A DNA stretch of 35,619 bases from an uncultured virus (IMG/VR IMGVR_UViG_3300035698_035306). Lineage: Duplodnaviria; Heunggongvirae; Uroviricota; Caudoviricetes. The position numbers and the translations under genes are program-made. This document shows, piece by piece, positions 1 to 9,286 of this stretch. Position 1 is the stretch's first letter. Every line of letters starts with the position of its first letter. The stretch lies in the IMG/VR virus record IMGVR_UViG_3300035698_035306; one strand, given 5' to 3'. The notes under the pieces were generated by a model, which was not told the origin of the DNA, ran no database searches, and saw nothing but the letters and a program-made list of their open reading frames with translations.

Positions 1-120
1 ATTATCAAAGCTGCAGGTGGTACTGTATGTAATCTTTTCACAAGAAGAGAACTTACATACGGAATGGCTGATATGAAGTTACCATCATTTATAATAAAGC
101 ACCCTAAATTAAACGTATAA
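1..120 (+). CDS. cysQ: 3' end of a probable CysQ / inositol-monophosphatase-family 3'(2'),5'-bisphosphate nucleotidase (partial, runs in from the left edge)
   Basis: Frame 1 reads IIKAAGGTVCNLFTRRELTYGMADMKLPSFIIKHPKLNV*, resembling the CysQ C-terminus (I.xAAGG.V....L.Y....L.P.F). It lies 1.1 kb upstream of cysD-cysN. Only 39 aa are visible. Confidence 0.55.
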   Translation: MIKAAGGTVCNLFTRRELTYGMADMKLPSFIIKHPKLNV

Positions 121-1073
121 TGAGTAAATTTACCGAAGATAGAATTAAAGAACTTGAAGGAAAAAAAGGAATAGCAATTTCAGATGAACAGAAAGATGCT
201 ATAAGAGAATATTATGGTTCACTTGAAAATGAAATTATGTACTGTCCAGTATGCCGCAAACAGCTAGAAGTAGGTGATTGGTTCACTTATGATGATGTAT
301 GTGGTGAAAGTAGTTCACCGAAATACAGTTGCACAACTGAAGGTTGTGATTGCTGTACAAGTAAATCTTTCTGGACATATTCTGGTGATTTCTTTGGTGG
401 AGATATGCCTTATCATTTGATTACAATATTATTTCCTGATGACCAATATGGTGCATTAGGTTCTCATGCAAAATCTTCAGAAGTGGAAATATATGGAAGA
501 GGATTAAAAAGAAACATGTGGGGACATCCTGCCATGTGCCTTTGGTTATTAAGCCCTTACATAGAGTTTAAATATAAAGGTGATAATATGGGTAATGTAC
601 TTGGAAGAACTTGGAAGTTGAAGTTCTTAAAATACGATAAGCAACAGAAGCGTTATTGTAATGGTTACACATCAGGTATTCATATGCTTATATTCAGCTT
701 AAAAAGCTTCAGGAGAGATAGGAAAGATTTCCTTGAAAGAAAAACTGCTTATGCAACTAAAGAGTTCTTAGAGAATTATGAAAGTAAAGGATGGGACAAA
801 CGTTGGTGGAACTTATTAAGTAAGTGGTATTTTAATAATTTTTGGGACATGCAAAAGAAAAATGCATTGAATATTCAAAGAATTTGGGACATACTTAAAC
901 ATGAAGATATTGAGGAAATTTCAAAAGAATTAGGCTTTACTTTAGAAACAATTATAAATTTTCTTGAAACCTCGTCTGACGAGAAAGTAAAAGAATACAA
1001 AGAGCTTGCTCAAAAGTTCAAAGCAAAAAATGAAGAAATATGCCAACTAAAGAAGAAACTATTAAAGAAGTAA
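120..1073 (+). CDS. hypothetical protein with N-terminal Cys motifs (CPVC, C..GC.C)
   Basis: 317-aa ORF, TAATG-coupled to the upstream stop. Confidence 0.8.
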   Translation: MSKFTEDRIKELEGKKGIAISDEQKDAIREYYGSLENEIMYCPVCRKQLEVGDWFTYDDVCGESSSPKYSCTTEGCDCCTSKSFWTYSGDFFGGDMPYHLITILFPDDQYGALGSHAKSSEVEIYGRGLKRNMWGHPAMCLWLLSPYIEFKYKGDNMGNVLGRTWKLKFLKYDKQQKRYCNGYTSGIHMLIFSLKSFRRDRKDFLERKTAYATKEFLENYESKGWDKRWWNLLSKWYFNNFWDMQKKNALNIQRIWDILKHEDIEEISKELGFTLETIINFLETSSDEKVKEYKELAQKFKAKNEEICQLKKKLLKK

Positions 1074-1261
1074 GGAAATTTAATGTCGCAGACTTTAATT
1101 TCCGATGTTCTTGTGGTAAAATATTACCAATCATAAAAGGTACTACAGAAGCAGTAATCGTCAAATTTGAATTGCAAGAAGATGCGTCAATGGATATTAA
1201 ATGTGAATGTGGAAGAGAAATTTCATTGTATGTAACTGTAAGTAAAAACATAAGAGGATAA
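1040..1261 (+). CDS. small zinc-ribbon-like protein
   Basis: 73 aa with RCSCGK...KCECGR; stop overlaps the cysD ATG. Confidence 0.7.
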   Translation: MPTKEETIKEVRKFNVADFNFRCSCGKILPIIKGTTEAVIVKFELQEDASMDIKCECGREISLYVTVSKNIRG

Positions 1262-2163
1262 TGAAATATAATTTAAGTCATTTGAACGCTCTGGAAGCAG
1301 AGTCAATTTATATAATGAGAGAAGTTGCTGCTCAGTTTGAGAATCCAGCGCTTCTTTTTTCAGGTGGAAAAGATTCAATTGTTATGGTTCACTTAGCAAT
1401 GAAAGCTTTTTATCCTGGTAAGATTCCATTCCCTTTAGTACATATTGATACAGGTCATAACTTCGATGAGACTATTCAATTCAGAGATGCACTTGTAAAA
1501 AATATAGGTGCAAACCTAATCGTAGGTTCTGTACAGAAAGCTATTGACAATGGAACTTCACATGAAGAAAAAGGATTTAATGCTAGCCGAAATTTACTAC
1601 AGACTGCAACACTCCTTGAAACACTTGAAAGCTTTAACTGTGATGCTGCATTAGGTGGTGGTCGTAGAGATGAAGAGAAAGCACGAGCAAAAGAAAGGTT
1701 CTTCTCACATAGAGATGACTTTGGTCAGTGGGACCCTAAAAATCAACGCCCTGAACTTTGGGATTTATATAATGGTAAGATGAATATGGGTGAAAACTTC
1801 AGAATCTTTCCAATATCTAATTGGACAGAGATGGACGTATGGCAATACATTTATCGAGAGAACATTAAAATACCAAGTCTTTATTTTACACATGAACGAG
1901 ATGTATTTTTAAGAGATTACATTTGGTTAGATGGTGATGGTGTAATTAAATTAAAGCCTGAAGAGAAAGTAGAGAAAAGAATGGTAAGATGTAGAACAAT
2001 AGGTGATATTACTTGTACAGGACTAACTTTATCAAAAGCAGATAATTTAGAAGAAATAATTCAAGAAATTGCAGCAACAAGGATAACCGAAAGAGGTGGA
2101 CGTTCAGATGATAAACGTTCTGATTCTGCAATGGAAGATAGAAAAAAAGAAGGATATTTTTAA
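1261..2163 (+). CDS. cysD: sulfate adenylyltransferase subunit 2
   Basis: LEAESIYIMREV, PP-loop SGGKDS, HIDTGHNF, GGGRRDEEKARAKER, WDPKNQRPELW, C-terminal SAMEDRKKEGYF. Confidence 0.97.
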   Translation: MKYNLSHLNALEAESIYIMREVAAQFENPALLFSGGKDSIVMVHLAMKAFYPGKIPFPLVHIDTGHNFDETIQFRDALVKNIGANLIVGSVQKAIDNGTSHEEKGFNASRNLLQTATLLETLESFNCDAALGGGRRDEEKARAKERFFSHRDDFGQWDPKNQRPELWDLYNGKMNMGENFRIFPISNWTEMDVWQYIYRENIKIPSLYFTHERDVFLRDYIWLDGDGVIKLKPEEKVEKRMVRCRTIGDITCTGLTLSKADNLEEIIQEIAATRITERGGRSDDKRSDSAMEDRKKEGYF

Positions 2164-2164
2164 G

Positions 2165-3424
2165 ATGGAAGAATTTTCAAACAAAGCATATTTAGATATG
2201 GAATTACTACGCTTCACTACTGCAGGTAGTGTTGATGATGGTAAAAGTACTTTAATTGGTAGACTTCTTTATGACAGTAAGTCAATATTTGAAGACCAAC
2301 TTGAAGATGTTAAGAGAGTTAGTTTAAAACGAGGCTCAGATAAAGTTGATTTAGCTTTACTGACAGATGGATTAAAAGCTGAAAGAGAACAAGGTATTAC
2401 TATCGATGTTGCTTATAGATATTTTGCTACACCGAAACGTAAGTTTATTATAGCTGATACGCCTGGGCACATTCAATACACTAGAAATATGGTGACAGGA
2501 GCTTCTACAGCTAATGCTGCGGTAGTTTTAATTGATGCTAGACATGGAGTACTTGAACAAACACATAGACATGCTTACATTGCATCGCTCTTACAGATTC
2601 CTCATACGATAGTCTGTATCAATAAGATGGATTTAGTAAACTACAGTGAAGATGTTTACAATCAGATTAAGAAAGACTTCTCTGAATTTACATCAAAAAT
2701 GGATATTCAAGATGTTAGATTTGTACCTATCAGTGCATTAGACGGTGACAATGTTGTAAAACGTTCTAAGAACATGGATTGGTATGAAGGTACTACGTTA
2801 CTTTACATGCTTGAAAATATTCACATTGGAAGTGATTACAATTTAATTGACCCAAGATTCACTGTACAGAATGTAATAAGACCAAATCAAAATTTTAGAG
2901 GATATGCAGGTCGTGTTGCGAGTGGAGTATTTAGAAAAGGTGATAAAATCACAGTGCTGCCATCAGGTTTTTCTTCAACAATAAAATCTATCACAAGTTA
3001 TAAAGATGAACTCGATAGTGCATATGCCCCAATGTCAGCTGTCATCTCATTAGAAGATGAGATTGATGTAAGCAGAGGTTGTATGATAGTCAAAGAGAAT
3101 AATAAACCAAATGTCAGCCAAGAACTTGACGCGATGATTTGTTGGATGAGTGAGACTCCTCTACAAGTTGGTAAAAAATATTCAATTAAACATACTACAC
3201 AAGATGCAAGGTGTGTAATCAAAGACATCACTTATCAAGTAGATGTTAATACTTTAAAGAAAAATGACGCAGATTCATTAGAACTTAATGACATCGGCCG
3301 AATATCAATAAGAACTACAAAACCGTTATTCTATGACTCATATAGAAATAATCGGTTAACAGGAAGCCTTATAATCATTGATGAAGCAACTAACGTTACT
3401 GTTGGTGCTGGAATGATTATCTAG
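2165..3424 (+). CDS. cysN: sulfate adenylyltransferase subunit 1 (GTPase), without a fused APS-kinase domain
   Basis: LRFTTAGSVDDGKSTLIGRLL, EREQGITIDVAYRYF, DTPGH, NKMD, ends TVGAGMII. ATG 2165, just after the cysD stop, is preferred over 2096. Confidence 0.97.
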   Translation: MEEFSNKAYLDMELLRFTTAGSVDDGKSTLIGRLLYDSKSIFEDQLEDVKRVSLKRGSDKVDLALLTDGLKAEREQGITIDVAYRYFATPKRKFIIADTPGHIQYTRNMVTGASTANAAVVLIDARHGVLEQTHRHAYIASLLQIPHTIVCINKMDLVNYSEDVYNQIKKDFSEFTSKMDIQDVRFVPISALDGDNVVKRSKNMDWYEGTTLLYMLENIHIGSDYNLIDPRFTVQNVIRPNQNFRGYAGRVASGVFRKGDKITVLPSGFSSTIKSITSYKDELDSAYAPMSAVISLEDEIDVSRGCMIVKENNKPNVSQELDAMICWMSETPLQVGKKYSIKHTTQDARCVIKDITYQVDVNTLKKNDADSLELNDIGRISIRTTKPLFYDSYRNNRLTGSLIIIDEATNVTVGAGMII

Positions 3425-3449
3425 GAAACAAAGACTTTTTACTTGGATT

Positions 3450-3490
3450 AGGGTGTGACCACTGCTTCGGTCATACCCTTTCGTTTGTTT
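3450..3490 (+). terminator. intrinsic terminator after cysN
   Basis: agggtgtgacc / ggtcataccct 11-bp stem (one G-U) followed by a T-rich tail. Confidence 0.75.
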
Positions 3491-3509
3491 GCTGTTTTTT
3501 CTGCAGAAA

Positions 3510-3553
3510 ACTTTGGGTCCTGAGGAATTTATGTTAGATTTACTCTATATTAA
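3510..3553 (+). promoter_or_regulatory. repeated early-type promoter, copy 1
   Basis: ACTTTGG(3510) - CTGAG(3520) - TAGATTTA(3535). Confidence 0.75.
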
Positions 3554-3570
3554 TTTATAAACGATACAAT

Positions 3571-3927
3571 ATGAGTATTTTTACAATTTTCAATCAAGAC
3601 ACTAAAGAAATTGGTGAAGAAAAAGAATTTAAAGATTATATCGAAGCAGCAAGATATACAAAAGAAAATTATGCTGAAGGCTTTATTTCAAAACATGAGC
3701 CATTCCACTTCGAGAATAACTTCAGAGCGATGTTGAAAGAAGGTACTCACTCAAATATCAAAACAGATGATAGAGCTCGAGTTAATTCAATCATTGAAAA
3801 TGATATCGTTTTACATTGTGGTTATATTACAATGGGTGATTTAGATTTTATGCGTCGTGCACAAATCAAAACAAAACAAATCACGAAATTAGAATTTATT
3901 AACAAGCATAATGCACTTTTAAAATAG
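3571..3927 (+). CDS. hypothetical protein
   Basis: 118-aa ORF directly after a promoter copy. Confidence 0.75.
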   Translation: MSIFTIFNQDTKEIGEEKEFKDYIEAARYTKENYAEGFISKHEPFHFENNFRAMLKEGTHSNIKTDDRARVNSIIENDIVLHCGYITMGDLDFMRRAQIKTKQITKLEFINKHNALLK

Positions 3928-3933
3928 AAAAAG

Positions 3934-4116
3934 ATGGCAAATCGAAGAGGTAAAAAAGAAATTAAAGACAAAATTGATTTAACAGTTACAGAACTTGAAG
4001 TATTAAAACAAGTTCACGAACGTTTAGAAAAAGGCGAAGCAAAAGACAAGGCTTTGTTAGAAATTAAAGAAAAATCAGGTGAGTTAACTATTTTAAATTG
4101 GGTGATTTATGGATAA
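3934..4116 (+). CDS. hypothetical protein
   Basis: 60 aa, tightly packed operon. Confidence 0.65.
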   Translation: MANRRGKKEIKDKIDLTVTELEVLKQVHERLEKGEAKDKALLEIKEKSGELTILNWVIYG

Positions 4117-4369
4117 GTGGGATAGACAAGATAAGGGTTACAGAACTGACTGGCCTGATGGCATATATGAAACTACTCATATAGTCTATCTTGAAAAACC
4201 CCTTAAATTCCAACAAGCCCATGGCAGAATCGTTGAAATAAAAGATGGTGATGTACATGTATGTGGAATTGGTGTTCCAGGAGGAACTCCTAAAGATAAA
4301 ATCATGAAATTCTCACAGAATGAGTTTTTTGAAGTAAATGCAGTAATTGATTATTTAGAAACAATATAA
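4109..4369 (+). CDS. hypothetical protein
   Basis: 86 aa, overlapping start/stop packing. Confidence 0.7.
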   Translation: MDKWDRQDKGYRTDWPDGIYETTHIVYLEKPLKFQQAHGRIVEIKDGDVHVCGIGVPGGTPKDKIMKFSQNEFFEVNAVIDYLETI

Positions 4370-4656
4370 TGAAAAAGACATTCCTAATAACATTCAAAGC
4401 ATATAATGCATCAGGTGTAATAATTAAAGAAGGCACTTTCAAATGTAAAAATCAAGTCAATGAACTTGGAGCTAAATGTAACTTTGAATCATACCTCGAA
4501 AAGAAGTACCCAGGTTTTTCAACACTTGTTATAACTGAATGTAAAGAAGATATAATTGGTGCATTTGAAAATATGTTTGGAATGAATAGTAGCAACCCTT
4601 TTTCTGGTAAAGGTGGTCAAGATTTTGGAAATTTATTCAAGAATTTTGGCAAATAA
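4369..4656 (+). CDS. hypothetical protein
   Basis: 95 aa, TAATG coupling. Confidence 0.7.
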   Translation: MKKTFLITFKAYNASGVIIKEGTFKCKNQVNELGAKCNFESYLEKKYPGFSTLVITECKEDIIGAFENMFGMNSSNPFSGKGGQDFGNLFKNFGK

Positions 4657-4699
4657 CTTTGGGCCCTGAAGAATTATTGTTACTTTAGACCTATATTAA
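4656..4699 (+). promoter_or_regulatory. repeated early-type promoter, copy 2
   Basis: ACTTTGG(4656) - CTGAA(4666) - TACTTTAG(4681). Confidence 0.75.
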
Positions 4700-4710
4700 A
4701 AAGACAAACC

Positions 4711-4932
4711 ATGAATAGAATTTATTTAGACCACGAAGCATCAGAACATTTTGATGTAACTTATACTTTCAACAGAGACATGGACACTGTTATAAATGCA
4801 TCTTCTCTTTTCAATTATATGGAAAAAAGAGGTACACTTGACACACATCACAAAGACTTAATAAGTAAACATATCGGAACTGACCTCATCTTAAAAGGTG
4901 ATATGTTCGGATGGTGGTTTATTAAAAACTAA
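4711..4932 (+). CDS. hypothetical protein
   Basis: 73 aa after promoter copy 2. Confidence 0.7.
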   Translation: MNRIYLDHEASEHFDVTYTFNRDMDTVINASSLFNYMEKRGTLDTHHKDLISKHIGTDLILKGDMFGWWFIKN

Positions 4933-4935
4933 AAT

Positions 4936-5178
4936 ATGAGCAAATCAATTGGAAATATTGCTATTGAAATTATAACAGCTGAAGCTCAAATTGAAGCTTT
5001 AGCAATATTATCACATGCATCACATCATAGATTATGTGAATTTAGAAACTATTATCGTCTAGGCCAATATAATCATTGTGCAGGTGTTATTGATGCAATA
5101 AAAATAGACCTCGTACATTATAATTTAATGGACCAAGAAGAAAACGATAAATTCGGAGATACAGAATGGAAGAACTAA
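4936..5178 (+). CDS. hypothetical protein
   Basis: 80 aa, operon packing. Confidence 0.65.
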   Translation: MSKSIGNIAIEIITAEAQIEALAILSHASHHRLCEFRNYYRLGQYNHCAGVIDAIKIDLVHYNLMDQEENDKFGDTEWKN

Positions 5179-5453
5179 AAAACCCAGAAATAACACAAGA
5201 AATAGTCCTTAAGCTTCACAGAGAACAGAGTTGCTATAAAGGATTTGCTTGGATTGGAATAAAAGAATTAATAGGTACAAATGAAAAAGTAGATATTGAA
5301 TTTAAAACTGCTTATCATATGGTTATCTATAAGCATCTAGTAACAGGCCAAGTATTTGGAACCCCTATTAGAATAACAACTGGACTTGACGGTATAGGTT
5401 ACCGTTCACTTATTGAGAAAACATCACGATTATCAGAATTAGAAGAATTATAA
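5166..5453 (+). CDS. hypothetical protein
   Basis: 95 aa, operon packing. Confidence 0.65.
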   Translation: MEELKNPEITQEIVLKLHREQSCYKGFAWIGIKELIGTNEKVDIEFKTAYHMVIYKHLVTGQVFGTPIRITTGLDGIGYRSLIEKTSRLSELEEL

Positions 5454-5986
5454 TGAAAACAAAAATGACAGCAAAAGACTATGCAATTGACGCACATTTG
5501 CACCCATCATCAGAACAAAGATATGGTAACGCACCATACTCAAAACATTTAGAAGATGTTGTATCTAATATCGAAAGGTATATTCGTTATATTGATGTGG
5601 CGTTTAGAGTTGATGTCTTAAATGCAGGTTGGTTACATGATACAGTAGAAGATACTGAAAATAATGCAAGACGTTTAGGTTACCAATTCGGTAAAAGAAC
5701 TGCACTTATTGTTTTAGGTGTTTCTAATGTAAGAGCTTACGATAAAACTGAAGAAATTTTACTCACACTTGTTCAAATTAGAAAAGCTGGTAATCTTTCA
5801 AGATTCGTAAAGCTTTGTGATAGAATGGCTAACGGCCGTAATAGCAAAAATGGTTTCGATGGTAAATCAGATAAGCTTTATAAGAGATATAAAGGTGAAT
5901 ATCCTATCTTCAGATATGCTTTGAAAATTGATAATGAATATGCCGATATGTGGGCAGAACTTGATGAAATATTCGATTATGTTTAG
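5453..5986 (+). CDS. stand-alone RelA/SpoT-type HD hydrolase (small alarmone hydrolase / Mesh1-like)
   Basis: AH...Q.Y...PYSKHL, WLHDTVEDT and VKLCDR..N motifs typical of the SpoT hydrolase domain. Confidence 0.8.
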   Translation: MKTKMTAKDYAIDAHLHPSSEQRYGNAPYSKHLEDVVSNIERYIRYIDVAFRVDVLNAGWLHDTVEDTENNARRLGYQFGKRTALIVLGVSNVRAYDKTEEILLTLVQIRKAGNLSRFVKLCDRMANGRNSKNGFDGKSDKLYKRYKGEYPIFRYALKIDNEYADMWAELDEIFDYV

Positions 5987-6155
5987 ACTAAATCAATATC
6001 AATGGTTCCGTAGACTAAGAGGTGGAAAGTGGTACAGAAAAAAATGGGACTTAGGAGGTCTCAGTTTTGGTAAATACTGGACTAACAACCCAATTATTCT
6101 TGAACACTGTGAAGAATTAATTGAAACAGAAGATTGGACGAAAAAACCTAAATAA
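5979..6155 (+). CDS. small Trp-rich hypothetical protein
   Basis: MFRLNQYQWFRRLRGGKWY...; ATG 5979 preferred over the track start 5928. Confidence 0.6.
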   Translation: MFRLNQYQWFRRLRGGKWYRKKWDLGGLSFGKYWTNNPIILEHCEELIETEDWTKKPK

Positions 6156-6349
6156 TGAGTAAAAAAACAATAGTCGTAGCAGACAAATTTAGAACAAATA
6201 AACTATCTATAAAACCAGGTGGGTCAATAGTTGTAGTTCGTTATAAAGATGGACATGAAAGAGAGTATGACAAGATTAAAAATACAGCAGCATACATCAG
6301 AAACATTGAAACAAAAGAAGGAGTAGAATCAGCATGGGTAAAACAATAA
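6155..6349 (+). CDS. hypothetical protein
   Basis: 64 aa, TAATG coupling. Confidence 0.7.
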   Translation: MSKKTIVVADKFRTNKLSIKPGGSIVVVRYKDGHEREYDKIKNTAAYIRNIETKEGVESAWVKQ

Positions 6350-6753
6350 AAATATCGTTTGATTTTGACATGACATTAGGAGAGCGTCATATACAAGAAC
6401 TTGCAAGTTTATTAATACTTGCAGGAGCTGATGTATGGATATTAACTGCTCGTGTAGATGACTATATTAGAGATGAGAATAAGAAAATCATTGGATATAA
6501 TGGCTACAATCATGATTTAAGACAGGTAGCTAGAAGACTTGGTATACCTAAAGACAAAATTTTATTTACAGGTGGTGCCAGAAAAGTTAAGATGTATCAA
6601 GAACACAAGTTCGACATGCATTTTGATGATATGTGGGATGAAGTTGAGGCTATCAATAGAGTTGGTGGAAAAGCAATGTTAGTTGACATGAGAATTGGAG
6701 ATATAATACACTTAATGAACTGTGAAAATTTAAACATATATTTTGAAGAATGA
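6334..6753 (+). CDS. HAD-superfamily phosphatase (capless)
   Basis: motif I SFDFDMTL, motif II ILTAR, motif III K, motif IV HFDD. Confidence 0.8.
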   Translation: MGKTIKISFDFDMTLGERHIQELASLLILAGADVWILTARVDDYIRDENKKIIGYNGYNHDLRQVARRLGIPKDKILFTGGARKVKMYQEHKFDMHFDDMWDEVEAINRVGGKAMLVDMRIGDIIHLMNCENLNIYFEE

Positions 6754-7217
6754 ATATAGTAGCCTTAGATATAGACGATTGCATACTGCCAACTAATAAT
6801 AATTACTTTGGCATGACAGATGATGCCGAGATATTACTCGAAGTGAATCTTAAACGCTTAGAAATGATTATAAAGATGTATGACATGAAGGTATTTATTA
6901 CCTCTGCATGGTATGCTATACTTAGTTTTGAAGAAGGTGTGCTTACTTTAAAATATCATAAAGATGAGGAGAAACCTACTGCTAGGCAATTCAAACTTAT
7001 TGACAAACATATTGGCGATGACGTTATTGGTTTATCTTGTGGCAATAGAGAAACTGATATCGAAACATTAGTAGCTGCAGGGCATAGAGTTGTAATACTC
7101 GATGACATTGACCTTAAACATTTAGAAAGCGATAATTGTTTATTCTGTATGACAAAAGGTTTCATCACAGGTAATCATGGTTATAAAATTAAAAACTTCA
7201 TAGAATGGAAAAAGTAA
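6750..7217 (+). CDS. HAD-superfamily phosphatase (Swiss-Army-knife RNA-repair-like)
   Basis: LDIDDCI, ITSAW, R..I, VVILDD. Confidence 0.7.
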   Translation: MNIVALDIDDCILPTNNNYFGMTDDAEILLEVNLKRLEMIIKMYDMKVFITSAWYAILSFEEGVLTLKYHKDEEKPTARQFKLIDKHIGDDVIGLSCGNRETDIETLVAAGHRVVILDDIDLKHLESDNCLFCMTKGFITGNHGYKIKNFIEWKK

Positions 7218-7759
7218 AAATAGTTTTTTGGGACTGCGATGGTGTAGTATCAACACAAGACTCATTATACAATGAGCTTGCAAATTATTTCAATTGTACT
7301 GTAAAAGAAATTGAAGATGGTACTCCAGACGAATGGTGTACTAAAACTGGACTCCCTTATCCATGGGTAAGCATGTATCACTGGCCATTTGACCCAGAAG
7401 TTATTAAAAGAGCTTACAGATTACACGCTTTAACAAAAGCAAAATTTGTAATGTGTTCAAGTTGGAGAATTGGTAAAACAGTTGAAGAAATTAACGATGA
7501 ACAAGCAACTAAAGGTTTTAGAATAAAGTTCATTGATAAAACTCCAAACTTTTGCGGTAAACGTGGTGAAGAAATTCAAAAGTGGTTAGATGATAACAAA
7601 GAGAAATATGATGTAGAATCATACGTTATAATTGATGACGACAGTTCTTATGACATAAGAGAATTTCACCCAGACAATTGTGTAGAACCAATATTTAAAA
7701 CAGGCTTCACTGAAGAATTATTAGAAGAAGCGCTTAATATACTTAACAAACATGAATAA
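7205..7759 (+). CDS. HAD-superfamily phosphatase (Swiss-Army-knife RNA-repair-like HAD)
   Basis: FWDCDGV, CSSWR, RGEEIQKWL, YVIIDD, GFT. Confidence 0.85.
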   Translation: MEKVKIVFWDCDGVVSTQDSLYNELANYFNCTVKEIEDGTPDEWCTKTGLPYPWVSMYHWPFDPEVIKRAYRLHALTKAKFVMCSSWRIGKTVEEINDEQATKGFRIKFIDKTPNFCGKRGEEIQKWLDDNKEKYDVESYVIIDDDSSYDIREFHPDNCVEPIFKTGFTEELLEEALNILNKHE

Positions 7760-8321
7760 AATTGAATTAAAAATCTTACAAGAACAGTATGATACTATTA
7801 CTGCTGTAATCGATACTCAAAAGAAAGCTCAAAACATTTTAAAGAAACAAGGCAAAGATGCAGGTTTAAGACTTAAATGTGGTAAATTTGTAGCAGATGA
7901 AATAGTTTATGGTGTCTTTTATGATTTGGCATATTACAGTCATTTCGATGGCCATAAAAGTGGTGCAGTAGTTGACTATGCGAGTGGTGCTGGTGAATCC
8001 AGTGAAAAATCGTTTAACTATATCAAAAACGCTATTGAAACAGGTAACATAGTTGGAGAAGAAGAGATGTTTGATGCTTTACAAGAAGTACCTTTCGACG
8101 AATGTGGTTACTATGAAATACCAAATTGTAATTCAAGTAAAGAAGAGATTGCAGAATTTCTTGCAATGTTTGAAATAGTTTCACCTACTGAAATTGGCTG
8201 GACATATGCAGGATGTGGTGACCAAGGCGAATATTACAACGGAGTTGGTTTCACGATTAAGCAAGCAACTCAATCAGAAATTAAAAAAGTGACATGCAAA
8301 TCATATACAGAAACAGATTAA
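7752..8321 (+). CDS. hypothetical protein
   Basis: 189 aa, operon packing. Confidence 0.75.
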   Translation: MNKIELKILQEQYDTITAVIDTQKKAQNILKKQGKDAGLRLKCGKFVADEIVYGVFYDLAYYSHFDGHKSGAVVDYASGAGESSEKSFNYIKNAIETGNIVGEEEMFDALQEVPFDECGYYEIPNCNSSKEEIAEFLAMFEIVSPTEIGWTYAGCGDQGEYYNGVGFTIKQATQSEIKKVTCKSYTETD

Positions 8322-8322
8322 T

Positions 8323-8895
8323 ATGAAAATAGAAAAGCACCCAGTAGAAGCAACTGTTGGAGAAGAATTTGATTTCTCTAAGAACCCTTTATACGCTGGG
8401 AATAATATCAGAACAGCCTCAGGCGTTTATGTCAATGTATTTAAAATTGACGAATGTATCGAAAGAATATTAATTGAAGATATTGCGCATGCGTTATCAC
8501 ATCAGTGTAGATTTAGTGGCCATATTCAAACTTATTATTCTGTAGCAGAACACAGTATCTATGTTGCCGAGATGGTACCAGATGAAGATAAGTTAGCAGC
8601 TTTAATGCATGATGCATCAGAAGCATATCTTGTTGACATACCTGCACCTATTAAACCTGGTCTTCCTGGTTATAAGCAAATTGAAGCTGTTGTAATGGAT
8701 GCTATTGCAAAGAAATATGACTTCCAATATCCATTTTCAGCTCCAGTAAAAGAAGCTGATATTGAATCTCTTAAGTTTGAATGGGACAACTATATGCTTT
8801 CTGATAACATGGATGCCAGACCATTTAAACAAGTGAAACAAGAATTTATTGACAAATTTTATGAGTACAAAAAGCTTGCAAGAAAAAGATACTAG
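8323..8895 (+). CDS. HD-domain phosphohydrolase (YfdR/YfbR-like 5'-deoxynucleotidase)
   Basis: IEDIAHALSHQCRFSGH, YSVAEHS, LMHDASEAY..DIP.P.K, VKEAD. Confidence 0.9.
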   Translation: MKIEKHPVEATVGEEFDFSKNPLYAGNNIRTASGVYVNVFKIDECIERILIEDIAHALSHQCRFSGHIQTYYSVAEHSIYVAEMVPDEDKLAALMHDASEAYLVDIPAPIKPGLPGYKQIEAVVMDAIAKKYDFQYPFSAPVKEADIESLKFEWDNYMLSDNMDARPFKQVKQEFIDKFYEYKKLARKRY

Positions 8896-9286
8896 CCTAA
8901 TTCCAATAGGACATTACTGCTACAAATTTGATAACCTCTATGAAGGTGAAGTTATGCCAGGACACTATCCTACAGTTAACTGCCCATATGGTGGTTATAA
9001 AGATTTACATGGTGTTTCAATGCCATACTGTTCTTTTTTAGAGGAATACGGAGATGACAATAACTTATCTAATGAAGGTTATAAAAAACTCATAGCACAC
9101 TTTAAAACAGATGAGGCTATGTGGGAAGTACTTAAGTTAGATTTACTTTGGGATAGTTGTAAAGAGTGCGGTGAGAATTATGAAGAAGATTTTAATATAG
9201 ACCGAGATTCAAAAGAAGACCAAATTAAACTTAACGAATTAGATGAAGCTTGGATTAAAAAAATAAAAAAACTAAGAAATGGATAA
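8861..9286 (+). CDS. hypothetical Cys-containing protein
   Basis: IP.G.YCY...CPY...CSFL...LLWDSCKECG; ATG 8861. Confidence 0.75.
   Translation: MSTKSLQEKDTSLIPIGHYCYKFDNLYEGEVMPGHYPTVNCPYGGYKDLHGVSMPYCSFLEEYGDDNNLSNEGYKKLIAHFKTDEAMWEVLKLDLLWDSCKECGENYEEDFNIDRDSKEDQIKLNELDEAWIKKIKKLRNG

Noticed and set aside
1261..2163. DndC/CysH-type PAPS reductase of a phosphorothioation system
   Set aside because: It has CysD-specific motifs and an adjacent CysN GTPase; no dnd or ssp genes are visible.
2096..2164. Longer cysN start from the ORF track
   Set aside because: It overlaps the conserved cysD C-terminus; ATG 2165 directly after the cysD stop is more plausible.
8323..8895. DatZ of a 2-aminoadenine (Z) genome pathway
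   Set aside because: Generic YfdR-like HD motifs only; no purZ or mazZ in the window.
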